Below, one piece after another: positions 13,445-27,742 of a stretch of 64,000 bases of DNA. The notes under the pieces are model-generated. The model had not been told where the DNA came from, did no database searches, and saw nothing but the letters and a program-made list of their open reading frames with translations. The DNA is from Camelus ferus (Eukaryota). How positions within the stretch are numbered: position 1 is the stretch's first letter; the number at the start of each line of letters is the position of its first letter. The position numbers were made by a program, and so were the translations under genes. The stretch lies in assembly GCF_009834535.1 (NCBI RefSeq), contig NC_045697.1, positions 58,406,001-58,470,000 on the forward strand. Reading direction: 5' to 3'.

Positions 13445-13933
13445 TGTAGGCAGATTTCTAAGATAACCTGTAATGACTATTGCCTCCTGTTACTCATGTC
13501 CTTTTATGATCCCCTTCAGTTGTGTGTGGGATGAATTGAATCCAGCAAAGGTACTGGGATGGTACTACCAAGACTAGACTCAAATCTGACTACCCTTTGC
13601 TAGCATACCTTTCTCTTGTCTAGCTTGCTTCCTCTGGTGAAGCCAGGCGCCACGTTGTGGGTGGCGCTACAGAGATGGCCAAGTGGCAAGGAAGTGAAGG
13701 AAGCCTCTGACCAATAGCCAGTGAAAAACTGAGGCCCTGAATCCTGCCACAATTTGGTGAGTGAGCTTGGAAGCAGGACTCTAGTCAGTTGAACCTGACA
13801 ATGACTGCTGTCCCAGCTGACATCTTGAGTGACTTGAACACAGAGCACTTGAAACTGTGAGATAATAAATATTGTTGTTTTAAGGCAGTCAGTCTCAGGG
13901 TAATATTTTATGCAGCTATAAACAACTAATATA
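13445..13933 (+). mobile_element. MLT1 (MaLR) solo LTR, MLT1E/F-like
   Basis: tgtaggcag start; gtggcaaggaagtgaagg..gcctctgaccaatagccag; gtgagcttggaagcag; end gaaactgtgagataataaatattgttgttttaag...aactaatata. Confidence 0.8.
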
Positions 13934-14539
13934 AGGAGGAACAACTTGAAATCTGAGCTGTGTTTTCCAATAGATCAAACAGTCTTTAAAGAAGAATTAG
14001 GGAACATGAATTAGGAGCTTTATGAATAAACTCTAAAGCAGCTGTTCTGTAGAAAAGATTATACTTGCTCTGTTATTTTAAAAATATAAACCTGCTTCTG
14101 TCTTTTAAAGTATTCTTCTCCAATAAAAATGAATCCAAACAAAAATTATTTTAGAAACTGTCTCTGTGCCCAGCTGATGTCTTTATGATATTTAAAATGA
14201 CTATTTCAGTGGTTTTTAAAGGCTTTATAAAGATTTATATATGATTTTCTGGAGAGAAAATGGCAATAAAAAAGGATTACAATAGGATATTAGGCAATAA
14301 GCTCTCAAGTTCAAAAACAAAGTAGTTTATCATTGTAGACTTAGCAGTTAACACAGTTTCTGGCACACAGTACACACCACAGATTTGTTTTTCTTGCTGA
14401 ATGAATTGAATTATTTAAAAAGAAGAACTATGTATATAGAGCATAAATTTTGGAGCCAGCCAGATTTTCTTTCTCTGCCCACCCTAGTTGTGTGTCTTCA
14501 GGTAAGCCACTTACTTCCTTAGAAAGTAAAAATTATAAT

Positions 14540-16910
14540 AAAATTTCATCTAATAGAAAAAATGCTTTGAGAGGGACATAGTTCTTACAGATTTTAAAAT
14601 ATATTGTGAAGATATTTTTAAACGGATATTATTAGAAAAAGAGTAGGCAGACAGTTTAGTGAATCAGAATTAAATGTCCATTAATCAATCTAAGCAGACT
14701 TTTGTAATTTAAGAGTGATAAAAGTAAGGTTTCAAGTCATTGAAGAAAACAATATTTGGATAGCAATGTTTAAACAGCAGGATGTATATGAAAAACAAAT
14801 GACATGGGATAGTTATGACACATATGAATTACTATATTAAAATTCTCTAAATAATCTAACCAATTTGTTAACATACTAAAATAATAATTCAACACAAGCA
14901 TAACAACCAATCTGTTAGAAATGCGATCAAAGGATATAAAGCATTAGTTTGTAGAAAACACACATGATTGCCCAGTATATTCATGAAAACAGCTCAAATC
15001 ACCCCTTTTTCTTAAGTTGCATTCATGAAAGGCAACATAAAACAGTGATATACACCTGGTCACTTGTTAAAGTGCAGAAGATAAAAGGTAATAATATCAA
15101 ATGTCAGTCATGGCGGGGAGAAGAATCTTTCCTAAACTGTGTGTGAAACTACAATGACTAAGCCCTTGTTGAGGGAAATCTGCCCCTACCTATCAAAATT
15201 AAGAATCTGTACACCCTCTTTTCTAGAATATTCTGAAATGATGTTGTAGTGGTATAATGTTGGATCTGCCAAAATCCCATCATAAAAAGAAATGCAGGAA
15301 CTGAATAGCAAAAAACAAAATCTCACAGCTAGCAACTACAATAAAAATGACAGTCTTTCCGTGGACTCCGAAACACAAGCAGATGGGGGAAGATGACAAA
15401 TAATTATAAAACTGCAATTCATAGTGCCCATTGGAGGGGTAAGAATGAAGTGGATGGGGATCTGAATTCCTTGAAAGAAGGGGAATGCCAGAATTCTAAA
15501 AGATTTTTACCAGAAAGCCCAGCTGCTGAACACGGAAGAGTTTCTGCACATTCCAACTCTGGGGAGCAAGAGTTCCCCGGTAAAGTCTGACAGGATGGGG
15601 CAGTAGGGTCACTGTAAACACTTGAAACTAACCAGCCAAAACTTCCACCTCCAACAAAGAGTCCCACAGAGAGAAAAAATGGTTGGGAATAGAATTCAAG
15701 CTGAGCAGGACAAGGGCATTATAAGAACATAGACGGTCTGGATAAAAATAGAAGAGGGGCACTGGATCAGGAGAGTTCAGAATACATAAAACCATATCCT
15801 TTTTTTTTTTTTTAACACTTATGAAAACAAGAAGGATCCGTAGAACTATGAATCTAAAAAAGATATTTTGACCCACTTCTCCTTTCTAAAAGTTCAGGAA
15901 AAATAATTTCAGATAGAAATGGGCTACAGAAAGTGATTGAAACCCATACAAAGTTTTCAGAAGTAAGAGAAAAAATGTGGAGCAGAACTTCCTACAGACA
16001 TGAAAGCAGGCCAGACATACTCAAAAAAGATGGAAATGATAAAGGGGAAAAAAGGGCTTAACAGACCTAGTCAGTCTCAGTGAGTGAGTTATCCGATTCC
16101 TGATTCTGACAACTTATAAAACAATTGGCAATTGAAAATATGAACACTGACTAGGTACTGGAGAATTTTAAAAGAATCATTTTTAATTTTAAGGCATGCA
16201 AATGATGTCACAGTTATGTTTAAATTAAAACAGTTCTCTCTCAGAGAGACATAGTGAAATATATATGGATAAAATGGCATGATTTGCTTCATAAAAAGGA
16301 AAGTAAATCATAAAGATGATTTTCTTCAAATAAAAAGAGAAGGGAGGAGATAGATGGGGATATAGATGAAATAACACTGGCTAATTGTTGATAATGGTGG
16401 AGGACGGTAAGTACATGGGAGTTTTATGTTCATCTATTTTAATGTATGTTTGAAAATGTTCATAATAAGTTAAAAATGCACACATCTTTGGCTTGGCAAT
16501 TTTACTTCTAGGAGTTTATCTACAGACACACTAACATGAGTATAAAGAATATGTGTAAAAAGAACACCAGAAAGCTAGAACTAACTTAAATTGGAAGTTG
16601 AACCTGGTTGGAAAACTTACTGTTATAAAAAATAATAGAAATGTGTATGTACTGCATAGGAAGCTGTCATTGGACTACTTATAATGTAAAAAAAAAAAAA
16701 AGCCATTTGCAGAGAATTATTTCTCATAAGTAACATATTAAATCTGCATATAGAAATGTAAGTCAGTGAAAAGTATGTAATTATATAAAGTGTGTATATA
16801 GATTCATGGAAACATACATACACGTGTGTGTGGATGTATAGACAGACACAAATACACATTGGCATCTCCCTAGGAAGTTTGTAGAAGAATATGCACCAAA
16901 CTGATGTCAG
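14540..16910 (+). mobile_element. Composite of old L1M/L1ME fragments
   Basis: Decayed ORF2 3' pieces (14560-15230, 16480-16900) and L1 3' UTR-like sequence (16080-16470). Confidence 0.5.
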
Positions 16911-16959
16911 TGGCAAATTTCATAATATGATATTTAAAAAACTTTTGTTATTGTTTATC

Positions 16960-17475
16960 CATTTATTTACTTATTCACTTAATAATTATCTAGCAAGTGC
17001 CTGCTATGTCCTCTTCCAGGTACCCAGATGACACTAATGAATAGCACAGACATAAATCACTACCCTCGTGGAAATAAAATCTGGACAGACAGATAATATG
17101 CCAGATAAATAAGTAAAAATTACAGTGCATCGTGGGAAAAATTAAGAAAGAGTGGGAGGGGGAGACAGCTGAATTTTTAGATCACTTGGCCTGTGCAACA
17201 CCCCCTAAGGAAGTGCGGGAAGTAACCTGGGATGATCTTGGGAAGGTGCACCTCAGCAGAGGGAACAGCCATGTCCAGGGCCTTTCGCAGGAGCACACCT
17301 TCTGTCTCTGAGGACTCGCACCGAGCGCCATGTGGCTAAGGGGAGAGAATGAGGAATGTAGGAGACGAATTCAGGGGGAGCTGGGGGCCTGATCACGTAA
17401 GGCCTTGTGGGTCTTAGTGAGGACTTACTTTCTGACATTGAGTGAGATGAGAGAGGCCATCAGGCATTTTCAGAT
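16960..17475 (-). mobile_element. L2 LINE 3' end
   Basis: ttattcacttaataattatctagcaagtgcctgctatgt...cagcagagggaacagccatgtccagggcct...gatcacgtaaggccttgtggg. Confidence 0.75.
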
Positions 17476-18584
17476 TGTTTTTGCAAATACTAGATTTGGG
17501 GGTTTTTCTTATGTGACTTTTGTTTGCTTTGTAAGTTTGTATTATTTTCACATGAAAATACTTATAAAAATACTTCCGCGGTTGTCTGTGTTCAGTTTAG
17601 AAGTCTGACCATTTGCAGAAAAGGAGAGCATTAGCCTGGCTGCCAGCTGGCTGTCATCTGTTTGAGGACCTATCAAATCAAACCTTAAGTCATTTTTAAA
17701 TACTTGTGTGTTCACCTCTGCACTATTTTATTTACTATCTATAACCGCTTGCTGAAACTAGTTTCTTCACCTGCTACTCCATCTAATTATATTCCTCTTT
17801 TTGCTCTTTGCTCCTCTTAATTCCAAATAATGGAGGTACCTGTACTTGGAGAAAAGATGGAGAACCCAGATACACCCAGAAATGTCCATTTAAGCAACAT
17901 TTTACCAAGTGATTTTACCAACTAATTGCCTACCATCTATAAGTGATTAAATCATGCTAGTCATGTGTGCCCTGTGTGACTTGAACAGAGTTCTATGGGA
18001 CTGACATCTTTGGGTAAAATGGCATGGACACATACGTGGCCGTCACCCCCTAATAGGGTACAGCAGCATTCATTCAATAGCCATCTCTTGGCATGTTTGC
18101 CCTTTTGGCCCTTGCTAAGCCTTATCTGGTGCTAGCTTTTAATTGAGTAGTTAAGTGTTGGTATAGACAGCTTTTATGCATGAGTCAAGGAAGAAGAGAA
18201 AGATTTGTGTTGCTATCAGGTTTTAACTGAAATGTACTTTATTATCTTTTGACTAAGTATTTCATTGCCATTTTCATAATGATTACAACCTTGAAAGGGA
18301 ACTCTTTTGATAACTGCAAGCTGGTAATGAGAAATCATGCTGAGCTGGAGCTAAATGATAGCTGAGATTTCCCCCACAATAATACGTAATCCACGAAGGA
18401 TTAGAATTAAATGAAATTGTCCTGTTTTAAGCAGTCTAAAAGGAGACCTTGATGCAAAGCTGTAGTCTAACGTTGAAGCTTAAAGCACTGTCACGCTTTC
18501 CTTATGTTTAAAAAAAATGGCATTATAATTACCTTTTCTTACCTCCATGAAAAAAAGAAAATAATAATTTAAATTGATTCAGTG

Positions 18585-18818
18585 CTCTATCAGCTAGGAA
18601 TTAAGTTTAGCTGCACATGACAGAAAAGTCTCAATAACAATGACTACAATATGAGAGCAGTTTATTTTTGTTCAGGTGAGAGAGGTCTGAAGGTGGACAA
18701 TTCAGGATCATACAGAGTAGTCACCAGGGACATATGCTCCTTCAATCTCTAGCTCTACTGACTGAAGCACATGGATTCCTTTTTCAAGGTTGCCTAATAG
18801 TCCAGGATGGCTGCCGTG
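18585..18818 (-). mobile_element. LTR33/MLT1-like old LTR fragment
   Basis: tatcagctaggaattaagtttagctgc...gtttattttt...tccaggatggctgcc. Confidence 0.5.
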
Positions 18819-18819
18819 T

Positions 18820-19010
18820 ATCACAAGTTCTAAGTGCTTTTCATAGATTAACTTATTCAGTTCTCATAACAACCCTATAACGTAGGCAAAGTTACTGTGT
18901 TTTGCCGAATGAGGAACCGAGGCACTGAAATGTTGAGTAACTCACCTATGTCAAAATCATCCGAGATTTTAAGCTTGCTTTCTGGTTCTGAGCATGTACT
19001 CCTAATTGCT
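18820..19010 (-). mobile_element. MIR SINE
   Basis: ctcataacaaccctata...atgaggaaccgaggcactgaaatgttgagtaactcacc. Confidence 0.7.
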
Positions 19011-19022
19011 AATGCTGAGCTT

Positions 19023-19195
19023 AACAACCTTTTTTTAAAAAGGGCCAGACATTCAATATTTTAGGCTTGCCAGCCACAAGGTTTCTCTATGCCTATTCAA
19101 CTCCACTCTTGTCACTCAAAAGTAGCCATAGATGACACTAGAGGAATGGGCATGAGTGTGTTCCAGTAATAGCTTCAGGCCATACTTTACCTCCC
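19023..19195. mobile_element. MER58A-like hAT DNA transposon
   Basis: aaagggccagacattcaatattttaggcttg...aaagtagccatagatgacact...gaatgggcatgagtgtgttccagtaa. Confidence 0.7.
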
Positions 19196-21470
19196 ATGAA
19201 TAGCTATCCAACCACTCTAAGAAGGACAAGGATGACTGGGGAGGTAACATGCAGTTGTTTATTCACCGAAGAATGAGTCTACCCTATCACTCCTCTCCAA
19301 TATCTTCTTACCAAATAGAGGTTGATCGAGATCCCACTGATCGAGAACTGGGTTTAGAAATCAACGGATCATGGACTGAGTAATGAATCTCTACTGTTCT
19401 TTCTATATTAATTTCCTTCTTTTGCATCCTATGATTTATCCTCTTAATATTCAGTTTATGCTCTCTTTGAGGAGACTCCCAGCAACTGGTTAGTAAATTC
19501 CAGCTTTTGCAAATCTTGTGGTTAAGAAATGTGTTTAAATTTATTTAATCTAGTCTTCCTGAATTTACTTGACCTACAGAAAGCCCCCCAACCCCACACA
19601 CACAATATCTCAAAGAACAGAAATATATCAGAATAGTTTGGGAAACATTGACTTAAGTCTTAGGGTAACTTCCTTATGCTTCATTGCTGCAGAAATGTCA
19701 TCATGATAGAGATTATTTTGAGGGTTTGATAATTTTTCCAAATTCTTTGACTAAGAGGTATAATGTAAGCATTCATTTACTGGAGAACCACTAAGCTTAT
19801 TTTGAAATCAGTAGATCTTTTTTTCATTTCTTCTGAAGAACCACAAAATGGAAATCATTTTTCAAAGGCTTTATCTCTAGTCCTTTGTGTCTCAGTTTTA
19901 ACACAGTAAACATTCTCTTGCTAAGCTACAGTAGTTTTGGCAGAGAAAATAACCCTTGCAGAATGTGTTTTAAAAGTTCCTGTTACTTGTAAGTGACCCT
20001 CCACCCTCTCCCGTTTCTCTCTGTTACTTTCCTTCCCCAAGCTGGCTTAATGCAGTTTGAGGTTCAACTTTAAGTTCTAAGGGTATCGCTATAAGGTTTG
20101 TCACAAAGGAGATCTGGTAATAGCAGCCAAATAAAGTGCAAGTCAGGTCATCCATCCTCCTCTCACTACAAAAATCTTTATTAAATGCCTATTCTGGGCA
20201 AGGGATTGTTCTGGGCATAGTGTTGAATGTTTGTGGAATAATTGGAAGTAATTATTCAGCCAAGCTGTTTCTATCCAGCAGGAGTTACGTATTTATTAGT
20301 CCACTGACTCTAATGGTGTGCTGTAACTTAGTATGTAGTAGTGAATACGTAACTAAAGGGATAATTAAACCTCAGTAGGGGCATAATTGCTGAATAGCAT
20401 TCTAAAACTCTGGAGATATTGGAGCTTCAACTCACTTAATCAAAAAGGGTTTATTATTTGTGTAGACAGCTTGTATTTTCCCTCTAAAGGATGGTCTTTA
20501 CAGCGCCTGTTTTCCGTAACGGTCACATCAGGATTTATTTGTAGCACAATATCCTTAGTTACAATAGTCTTGAGGGTTATAATCCTTTTAAGCACTCCTT
20601 TCTCTTGAAAGCATTTTCAAACACTTTGGGCATGCGACTATATAAACCCCAAGTGTGACTTAATCCCCAGTATTTTGGTTTGTTCTTGAAGTTGGCATTC
20701 CTCTGAGAAAAGTGAAAGTATATGTTGATTTTGTATGTCCTTAGCATTTGTGTAGGAAGACAAGAAATTGTTGAACGCTCTATCATCTTAAAAACTTTAG
20801 TGTCCTGAGATTATGCAACTGCTTTAATGTGAAGCCTCTGTAGATAAAGGAATAGGTCTTTTTAAGTAATCAAGTTCCACAATTCCAACATCTAGGCTTT
20901 TAAATCTAGCAAACCTTCAGTAAAGCATTATCATTCAACTGAATTTTATTTTCAAACTTGGCAAAATTTAATCTTCTTTGTAATTAAATCACAATTAGGC
21001 TTTAATTATTCTAATTAAAAATTTGTATGATTTCCTTATGATGGTCTCCCCTGTAGTCTGTTTTAAATTAAATCTACTGGAAATAGTAAGTAATTTCTTC
21101 TGATGTATAGCCAAGGTTTTCCATCCAGGACTTCAAATTATTATTTTTTTTTTAATGCAATCACTCAATTAGTTTTTGTTTTTGTCTAGCTTTTAGTATT
21201 TTTGGAAGTGCTTCAAAAGAAAAAGGAAAATTTAGTAGCACTTCTAGTTTGTTTAGTCACAAAAATTTCAATAACCACCCCCACTTGAGATAAAACTCAA
21301 GATACTATTAAATAAAACACAACTCTACAGTCATATGGATCCCTGAGCAGAGGAGGCAGGACTGTAATTGTCATTCTTTTGGTAGAGCTGGAAACCCTAT
21401 GATGTTATACAGGGAGTTGGATCTTCTTTTTCACTCAGAATGTGGAGGACCCCAGAGGATGTTGCATACA

Positions 21471-22098
21471 TGAGACAGGAGGGAAGGGGGCAGGGCACAA
21501 CCATTAAAAGAATGACACAGCAGTTAGCACCAAGATGGCAAAGGATTCAACTCCCAGTAGAACTTGAACTTCCATATCCTCACCCTCATACAATAGCTGC
21601 TAAATGGCACTTCCACAGGTGCCATGACAGTTCCGAGACTGACCATGAAAAAGTCAAAAAGTGGGTGATGGCCCAATTCCTGGGAATCCCAGCCCCTTCC
21701 CCAGTGTAGTTGGAATAATCCTCCCTCTTGTCAGCATATGAAGTTGCCCAACCCATGAAAACCAACAACCCTGTGTGGGGTGGGAGAGCCTCCTTCTCTC
21801 CCTCTCCTTTTCTCTTGCCTTCTGAGACGGCCCACAATCTGTCTATGGAGTATGTACCCACTTTTACTTTAAACTGAACACCTACCCCCATGCTTCACGG
21901 CCTCTCTGTAGCCTACATTCTGTCTGTAGAGTATGTCTGTATCTCTCTGAATAAATCTACTTTTGCTCCACTGTGGCTCGCTCTTGAATTCTTTCCTGTG
22001 CAAAACCAAGAACTGTCACTTGATGACGCTCATCTCAGGGACTCACCTAGGATTTGAGACATGGCCATCCTCTCGCATCCCACATTTTTCCTGTATCA
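21471..22098 (+). mobile_element. Solo LTR, ERV1-class by TSD length, 628 bp
   Basis: Terminal inverted repeats TGAGACAGGA / TCCTGTATCA (9 of 10 match). 4-bp TSD TACA (21467-21470) / TACG (22099-22102). AATAAA at 21950-21955 followed by ERV1-like gctcgctcttgaattctttcctg. Confidence 0.88.
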
Positions 22099-23239
22099 TA
22101 CGTACTCCTCCTTTGTGAAGTTGGGGAAAAACTGATAGGATTCGCTTTAATTTGCTGTAATTGTATATTTGTATATTTTTCACTTAGTTTTCCTTCAAAT
22201 AGTTGTGTGTGTGTGTTTGTGTGTGTGTGTTGGAAGTTAAGATCAGCAATTTATATTTAAATAAAATGCTTTTAATGCAAGGTATAGCTTGGTAAAAGTT
22301 CCTACATTTTTATCTGAAAGACTGTTTCTGACTGGTGGCAGCGTTCTTTTGAAATGTAACTGTTCTTTTATTCAGATGTGTATATGGGGTAGGGGTGTAT
22401 CCCTCAGCTCTAAGCCTTCAAGGCTTGGTGAGAATAACAGCTTTCTGGCTATCTCTTGCTAATCCCGGATTAAACCTAATAGCATTTTCATTTCTACTCT
22501 TTTTTGAGAAAGAGTTTTCATCAAAACCAATTTAATTATCTTTTCAAGGACACGTAAGTGTTTAGAAAAAGTAGTATTTCTCTACTTGAAATTTTCAGAC
22601 TTGCTGAGTGAAATTCAGGACGTTGGTATAAGAGAAGAGTGAGAAGAACTTAACATTTACTTCTGATTTTTCTAATGTTTACAATTAAGGGTTATTAAGG
22701 AGAGGAGAGAAGTGAATTGTAACTGATGGAAATGTAATATTGATTGAGTTATGGGTTTAAGAGCTCCTTTTGATGAGCACTACACTGGTTAGATAGAAAC
22801 AGAACTGAGTAAGCATGAACAGTGAAGGTGAGTCAGCTGTGCAGCATGGTTTAGATATGAAAGTGTGACATTTACAAGGCTCCTGTCTCAGATGGACTAG
22901 GTAAGACACAGCGTTGTAAGAACTGGTTCCATTCCAAGTGTGTTTGTCCAGCATCCCCCTCACATCAGCTTCCGGTAAGGCTTTGCTGCCCTATTTGGAG
23001 ATATGAACAGTTAATGTAGGCTGCTCCAATCATACATAATCCCCTGAGCAAAATCAGTCCAGGGTAAGGGTAAGAACCAAGCATGGTAAATCTGAATCCT
23101 TCCTTCCTTGTGACTTTTCTGACTAAAATGCCCTTTCATATTTTAATCAACTGTTTTGATTGACAGTCCAAAGCCACTGCCAAACATGAGTCTGCCTATA
23201 AAACGTCTGTCCTGCTGCAACAGTAAGAATAGGGAACAG

Positions 23240-23480
23240 TTCTTAAGCATATATTATGTGTAAGGCACTGTTCTAAACATTTTAACAACTTACGACCTTT
23301 AACTCTATTATCCCAGTAACCTTATTGGGTAGATTTTCCCCCTTTTACAGAGGAGGGAACTGAGCTGCAGAGAGGAACTTGCTCATAATCACAAGCCTAG
23401 AAAATGGGGAAGCAGGTTTTTAACTCAGGCAGTCTAGAGTCAAAGTCAGGAAACTCAACCACCATAAGATACTGCCTCTT
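23240..23480 (-). mobile_element. MIR SINE
   Basis: aggcactgttctaaacattt...ccttttacagaggagggaactgag...aactcaggcagtctagagtcaaag. Confidence 0.75.
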
Positions 23481-25714
23481 AGTAGGAAAAAAAAATCGAT
23501 CACACAGGGAAAAACAGAAATAAGATACAAAGAAAATCTTTACTGTGTTCATTGTCCTGGTTCCTGATTAGCCTCGGCCTCACCCTTTTTTTTCCATGAT
23601 TAGATGAGTTAACAAATTCCATTAAAATATTTGATGCTTTTTATTTGTTTAGCTTAAGCAAGCTTGAGTTATGGTTCTATTATTTAAAACCAAAGGATCC
23701 TAAAATACTTTAGTAAGAGAGGAGAAATTAGATCTCATGTGAGGCAGACATATTGCAGTAGGAAGGCTTCACCAGGAAAATATTTTTTAAAAACCATAGT
23801 AGAAAATGTACTGATCTGGAAATCTTGGTCTAAGAATTAGCTCCAACATGAATGAGGTATGACATTAAACAATCCCATGTTCTCTAAAGTCCTCAGTTTA
23901 CTTATCTGTGAAGTAAAGGGATTGAACCTAAATGACTTCAAGGATTCTTGCAGGCCTGCAATTCTGTGAATTTACACTATTCATAATGGCTTAGAGTGAT
24001 GAGTAAAGAAGTCCAGAGAAATGTGTGAAAATGACCTGAAAAAAAAATGTGATTGAGGGTTGAGACAAAGGTGGGTCTGCAAATACTGAAAGAAAGAAGG
24101 AAAATAAGGTAAGGACTGGCTGATGAGTAAATCTCTAGACTGCGTGAGAGACGATGCTATTGATTTGTACAATGAAGAATCAGAAAGATAGAAATGACTT
24201 TTGTGAAATGTAGAAATAAAAGGGGGAAAAGAGGGAGACCAACATGAGATTAATGGACAGGAAAAATTTAAAAGAAAAGAGATCTCTTATTTCTGTGAGA
24301 TTAGTTTGTGTTAAGTCCGCATCTGAGGGAGACTGGTCAGGGATGTGGTCAGATGAAGGTGCTGGTCAGAGGAGAGGAGGGCTTAGGTAGAGCTCTGTGA
24401 AAAATAATGGGAAAGAAAACCTTTCTAAACATAACCCAGTAGTAACATAGAGCAAACATGAGAAAGAAGTGGAATGAATGATATAATTTTTCTGCTCTCC
24501 TTGTAAAATATTTTCTGTCATTACATAACTCAGGTAGTTGAGTTACCACCAAAAAGGAGTTAGGGCTCTGGATTCTTCTAAAATGTGTCAAATATCTATA
24601 TTAATAACTTGTCTATAAGAGATGGCATATAAATTTCCCTGACCATAGTAGACATAAATGATTTATCATGGAATTCTTTCTTAGTAAACTTAGATGGAGC
24701 CCTCTGAAGACAGTGCTCCAAACAGGCATTATGATTTGATCAGTTGCCATAGAGTAAAAACTATTTGACACCTCTTTACTTTATCCATTAAAGTGATGTG
24801 TTAAGCAGCTAGGTAATTTATATGTATTCATTCTGCACATTATTGCTAACCATCGAAGGAGAACACTAGTGGGTGTGAGAACCCAACAGAAGAGGTTGTT
24901 TCTGTCTAATGAATGGTTACTGGTTTCTCTCTTACCTTCCATGGAGTCCTCCATGCTGTTCCTGTTTAAGAAAACTTTTAGGAATCAGTATTAGTTGTTT
25001 ACTAAAACTTAAAAAGAAGAATGTAAATTGGGTGGCCAACAGAAGCTAAATATCAGCTGGGAATTATATTGAAGACACTTTGTTTACTATCTATTATGCA
25101 TTTTATATAATAAAAAAGAATATCCTTCATCAAGTTTACTGCTAATTCTGTGGAATTACGCTTTTACAATGAGTAGAGTTTTGAACAACTGTGACACTGT
25201 ACTAAATACCGAGTAGATTTATGGTCTGACAATAGTCAAATTTCCAGGGAAAATTTGAAGAGATTTTTGTTCCATGTAAATAATTCCTGATATTTATCTG
25301 TGAATTCTGCAAGATTTAAAATGAATAATTGACTTCTTTCTATATAATAATATTCATGGACCCTGAAAATGGTGATAGAAACCCAGATATTCTGAACAAG
25401 AATTTTGGTTCTAGATTTAAATAATGAAAAATATGATTTAATAATCCAGTTGATTTTTATTTAAACAATATATGATTCATCTTATAAACTGGGAAGAACA
25501 TCATATTCAGTTGATTAACTAGACTCATCTAAAGATAAATTTTCTGTTTTGGTCATTCCTATACAGCTTTCCTGCTTTAGGAAAAGTTTTATAATATTTT
25601 GAGAATATTTAAACATGATTAATGCAAATACTTATCCAATTTTTACTAAAGTTTACTTTGTGATTCACAGTTCAAACTACACATTATATACCTTTGGGCT
25701 TTTAAGACTAACTT

Positions 25715-25845
25715 ATACCTGGACATCACCCAGAGATTCCAATGTAACTGCTATATAGTGGGGTAGGGATGGGCTTTTTATTTATTTATTTGTTTAAATA
25801 CATCCTAGGTGATTTTAACTGAGGCCAGGGCTGAGAAATACTAAG
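25715..25845. mobile_element. MER5-like fragment
   Basis: cacccagagattccaat...cctaggtgattttaactgaggccagggctgagaaatact. Confidence 0.55.
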
Positions 25846-27614
25846 CTAACTATTATACTGATCCTCACAAGAACACATGAAAATAGCAACATAAGTTTAA
25901 TCATCTTCAAACTAAGTAAATAAAATGTAACACAATTACTATGTTTGATATGGATTTGAATTAGTCTTGACTCCTCATCTTGAATATATTCCAGTTTGCA
26001 TATTCAAAACCAAATATCATTAGTTATTATTTTAACCTTTTAGACAATTTATGTATACATAGTTTACAATTATAAAACAATTAATTTTAAAATTTCAGAT
26101 TTTAGAAAAATGGCATGTTACACTTCAGAATGAAAATTAAAAACAAAAGACCATGCTTAAAAAGAAAGTTGGTATTCTTTTTTCAGTTTGAATCTATTTC
26201 TTCTTAGTGTGTTTTTCTGCAATAACAAAATTAATGAAATTCCATTTTCATCAGTTACAGTAGAACTGGTAAAGACTTTCTAAGAGCATGAGAAATTATT
26301 AGCTTTAAGATGTATAAAGTGCAAGACAAGGGGCTTATATTTTAACATGACCACATCTTTTTCCCCAACATTTAAAAACAACTGTTACTTTTGGAATATG
26401 ATTCCCTTGGTGGGATTAAAGTTATATACTACATATAAAATACATGCTTTTACATTCTATATAAGAAAATCATGGCTATCAAGATCAAAATAAAAGGGTT
26501 TAGTGAGCTTTTTTCCCCCAGTTGGAAATATAAAGATAATTAATATTTTGGAGATTCAGACATGAGTCTTATTTTTGGAGACCTGTGATTATCTGAAAGA
26601 TCATGTTCATTATAAGGATTATCTAGTTCATAATTACTCAGAAATTTTTGTTCAATACCATCATGGGTTTTGACACTCTTAACATACAATCACCAATAGG
26701 AACAAGATTTTTTAATTTCAATTTACAAATAAATACTTCAGAGTTTATTACACATGAACATCCTTGGTACTTCTAGATAAGACATTTATTATTTATTATT
26801 TTCTGCTCCTGAGACTGACAGTAAATCCTGGTGAAGCATCTTAGGAAAATAGAGAAAAGTGAGCTGAATTTTCTCTAATTAGATATTCTACTCAGAGAAG
26901 ATTCTTCACTGGCAATAAACTTTCTAGAACTGCAATTAAATAAAAAATTATAACTGATATTTTTAGAAATATACGTATAAAATTCAAAATGATGTTACTT
27001 TCTGGGCATTCCTTCATTTTCCACCTTTTGCCATATCTATTTTCCACCAACCATGTGATTAATCACCACTGTACCTACAAATGGAAGACTAGCAAGTATC
27101 TCCAATTGCAACACATAGATCTTTTACATACTCAAAAAATTCAGTTGAAATTTCTCTAATAACTATTTCTAGTGTGTTTCAGATAAGTGTTTAGGAGGAA
27201 AGTACCACTTTACTAAGATCTTTCATAATAAACAACGGGTATGTGTCTTGTTTTACATATATATGCAATTACACATATATATGCAGTTACACACAGACAC
27301 ACACAGAGTCTCCCCCATTCCTGTGTCATTTTTAGCCTAAAGTTGTGTAGTAGAAGAGTAACGGCTTCAGCTTCAGTACTGCTGCATTTATTACCAATTT
27401 TGAGAATCCACTCTGTATATATATCCAAAAATATGAACAAATCTCTCTCTCGGTAAAATTGAACACAATCTAAAAAATCTGTTTCTTCTTTCCTATAATA
27501 TATTCCCTAGTATCTGAAAAGAACCACTTAGGGGGAAAAAATCCTGATAGCAAGGCACAGTGTGTTTCTGAAGAAGAGGCAGACAGTCTAAGGGCCTTGG
27601 TACTAGGGGCACAG

Positions 27615-27742
27615 CCACACAGGCAGCCTTGAGAGCTTGTCTGAAATGCAGACTCTCAGACCCACCCCAAGACTAAACAAATCAAAACTTGCATTTTAAC
27701 AAGGGCCTCCTGTAACACATTGCACTTTATAAGTGAGAAACA
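27615..27742. mobile_element. MER5A-like fragment
   Basis: gagcttgtctgaaatgcagactctcagacccacccc...aatcaaaacttgcattttaacaag. Confidence 0.65.
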
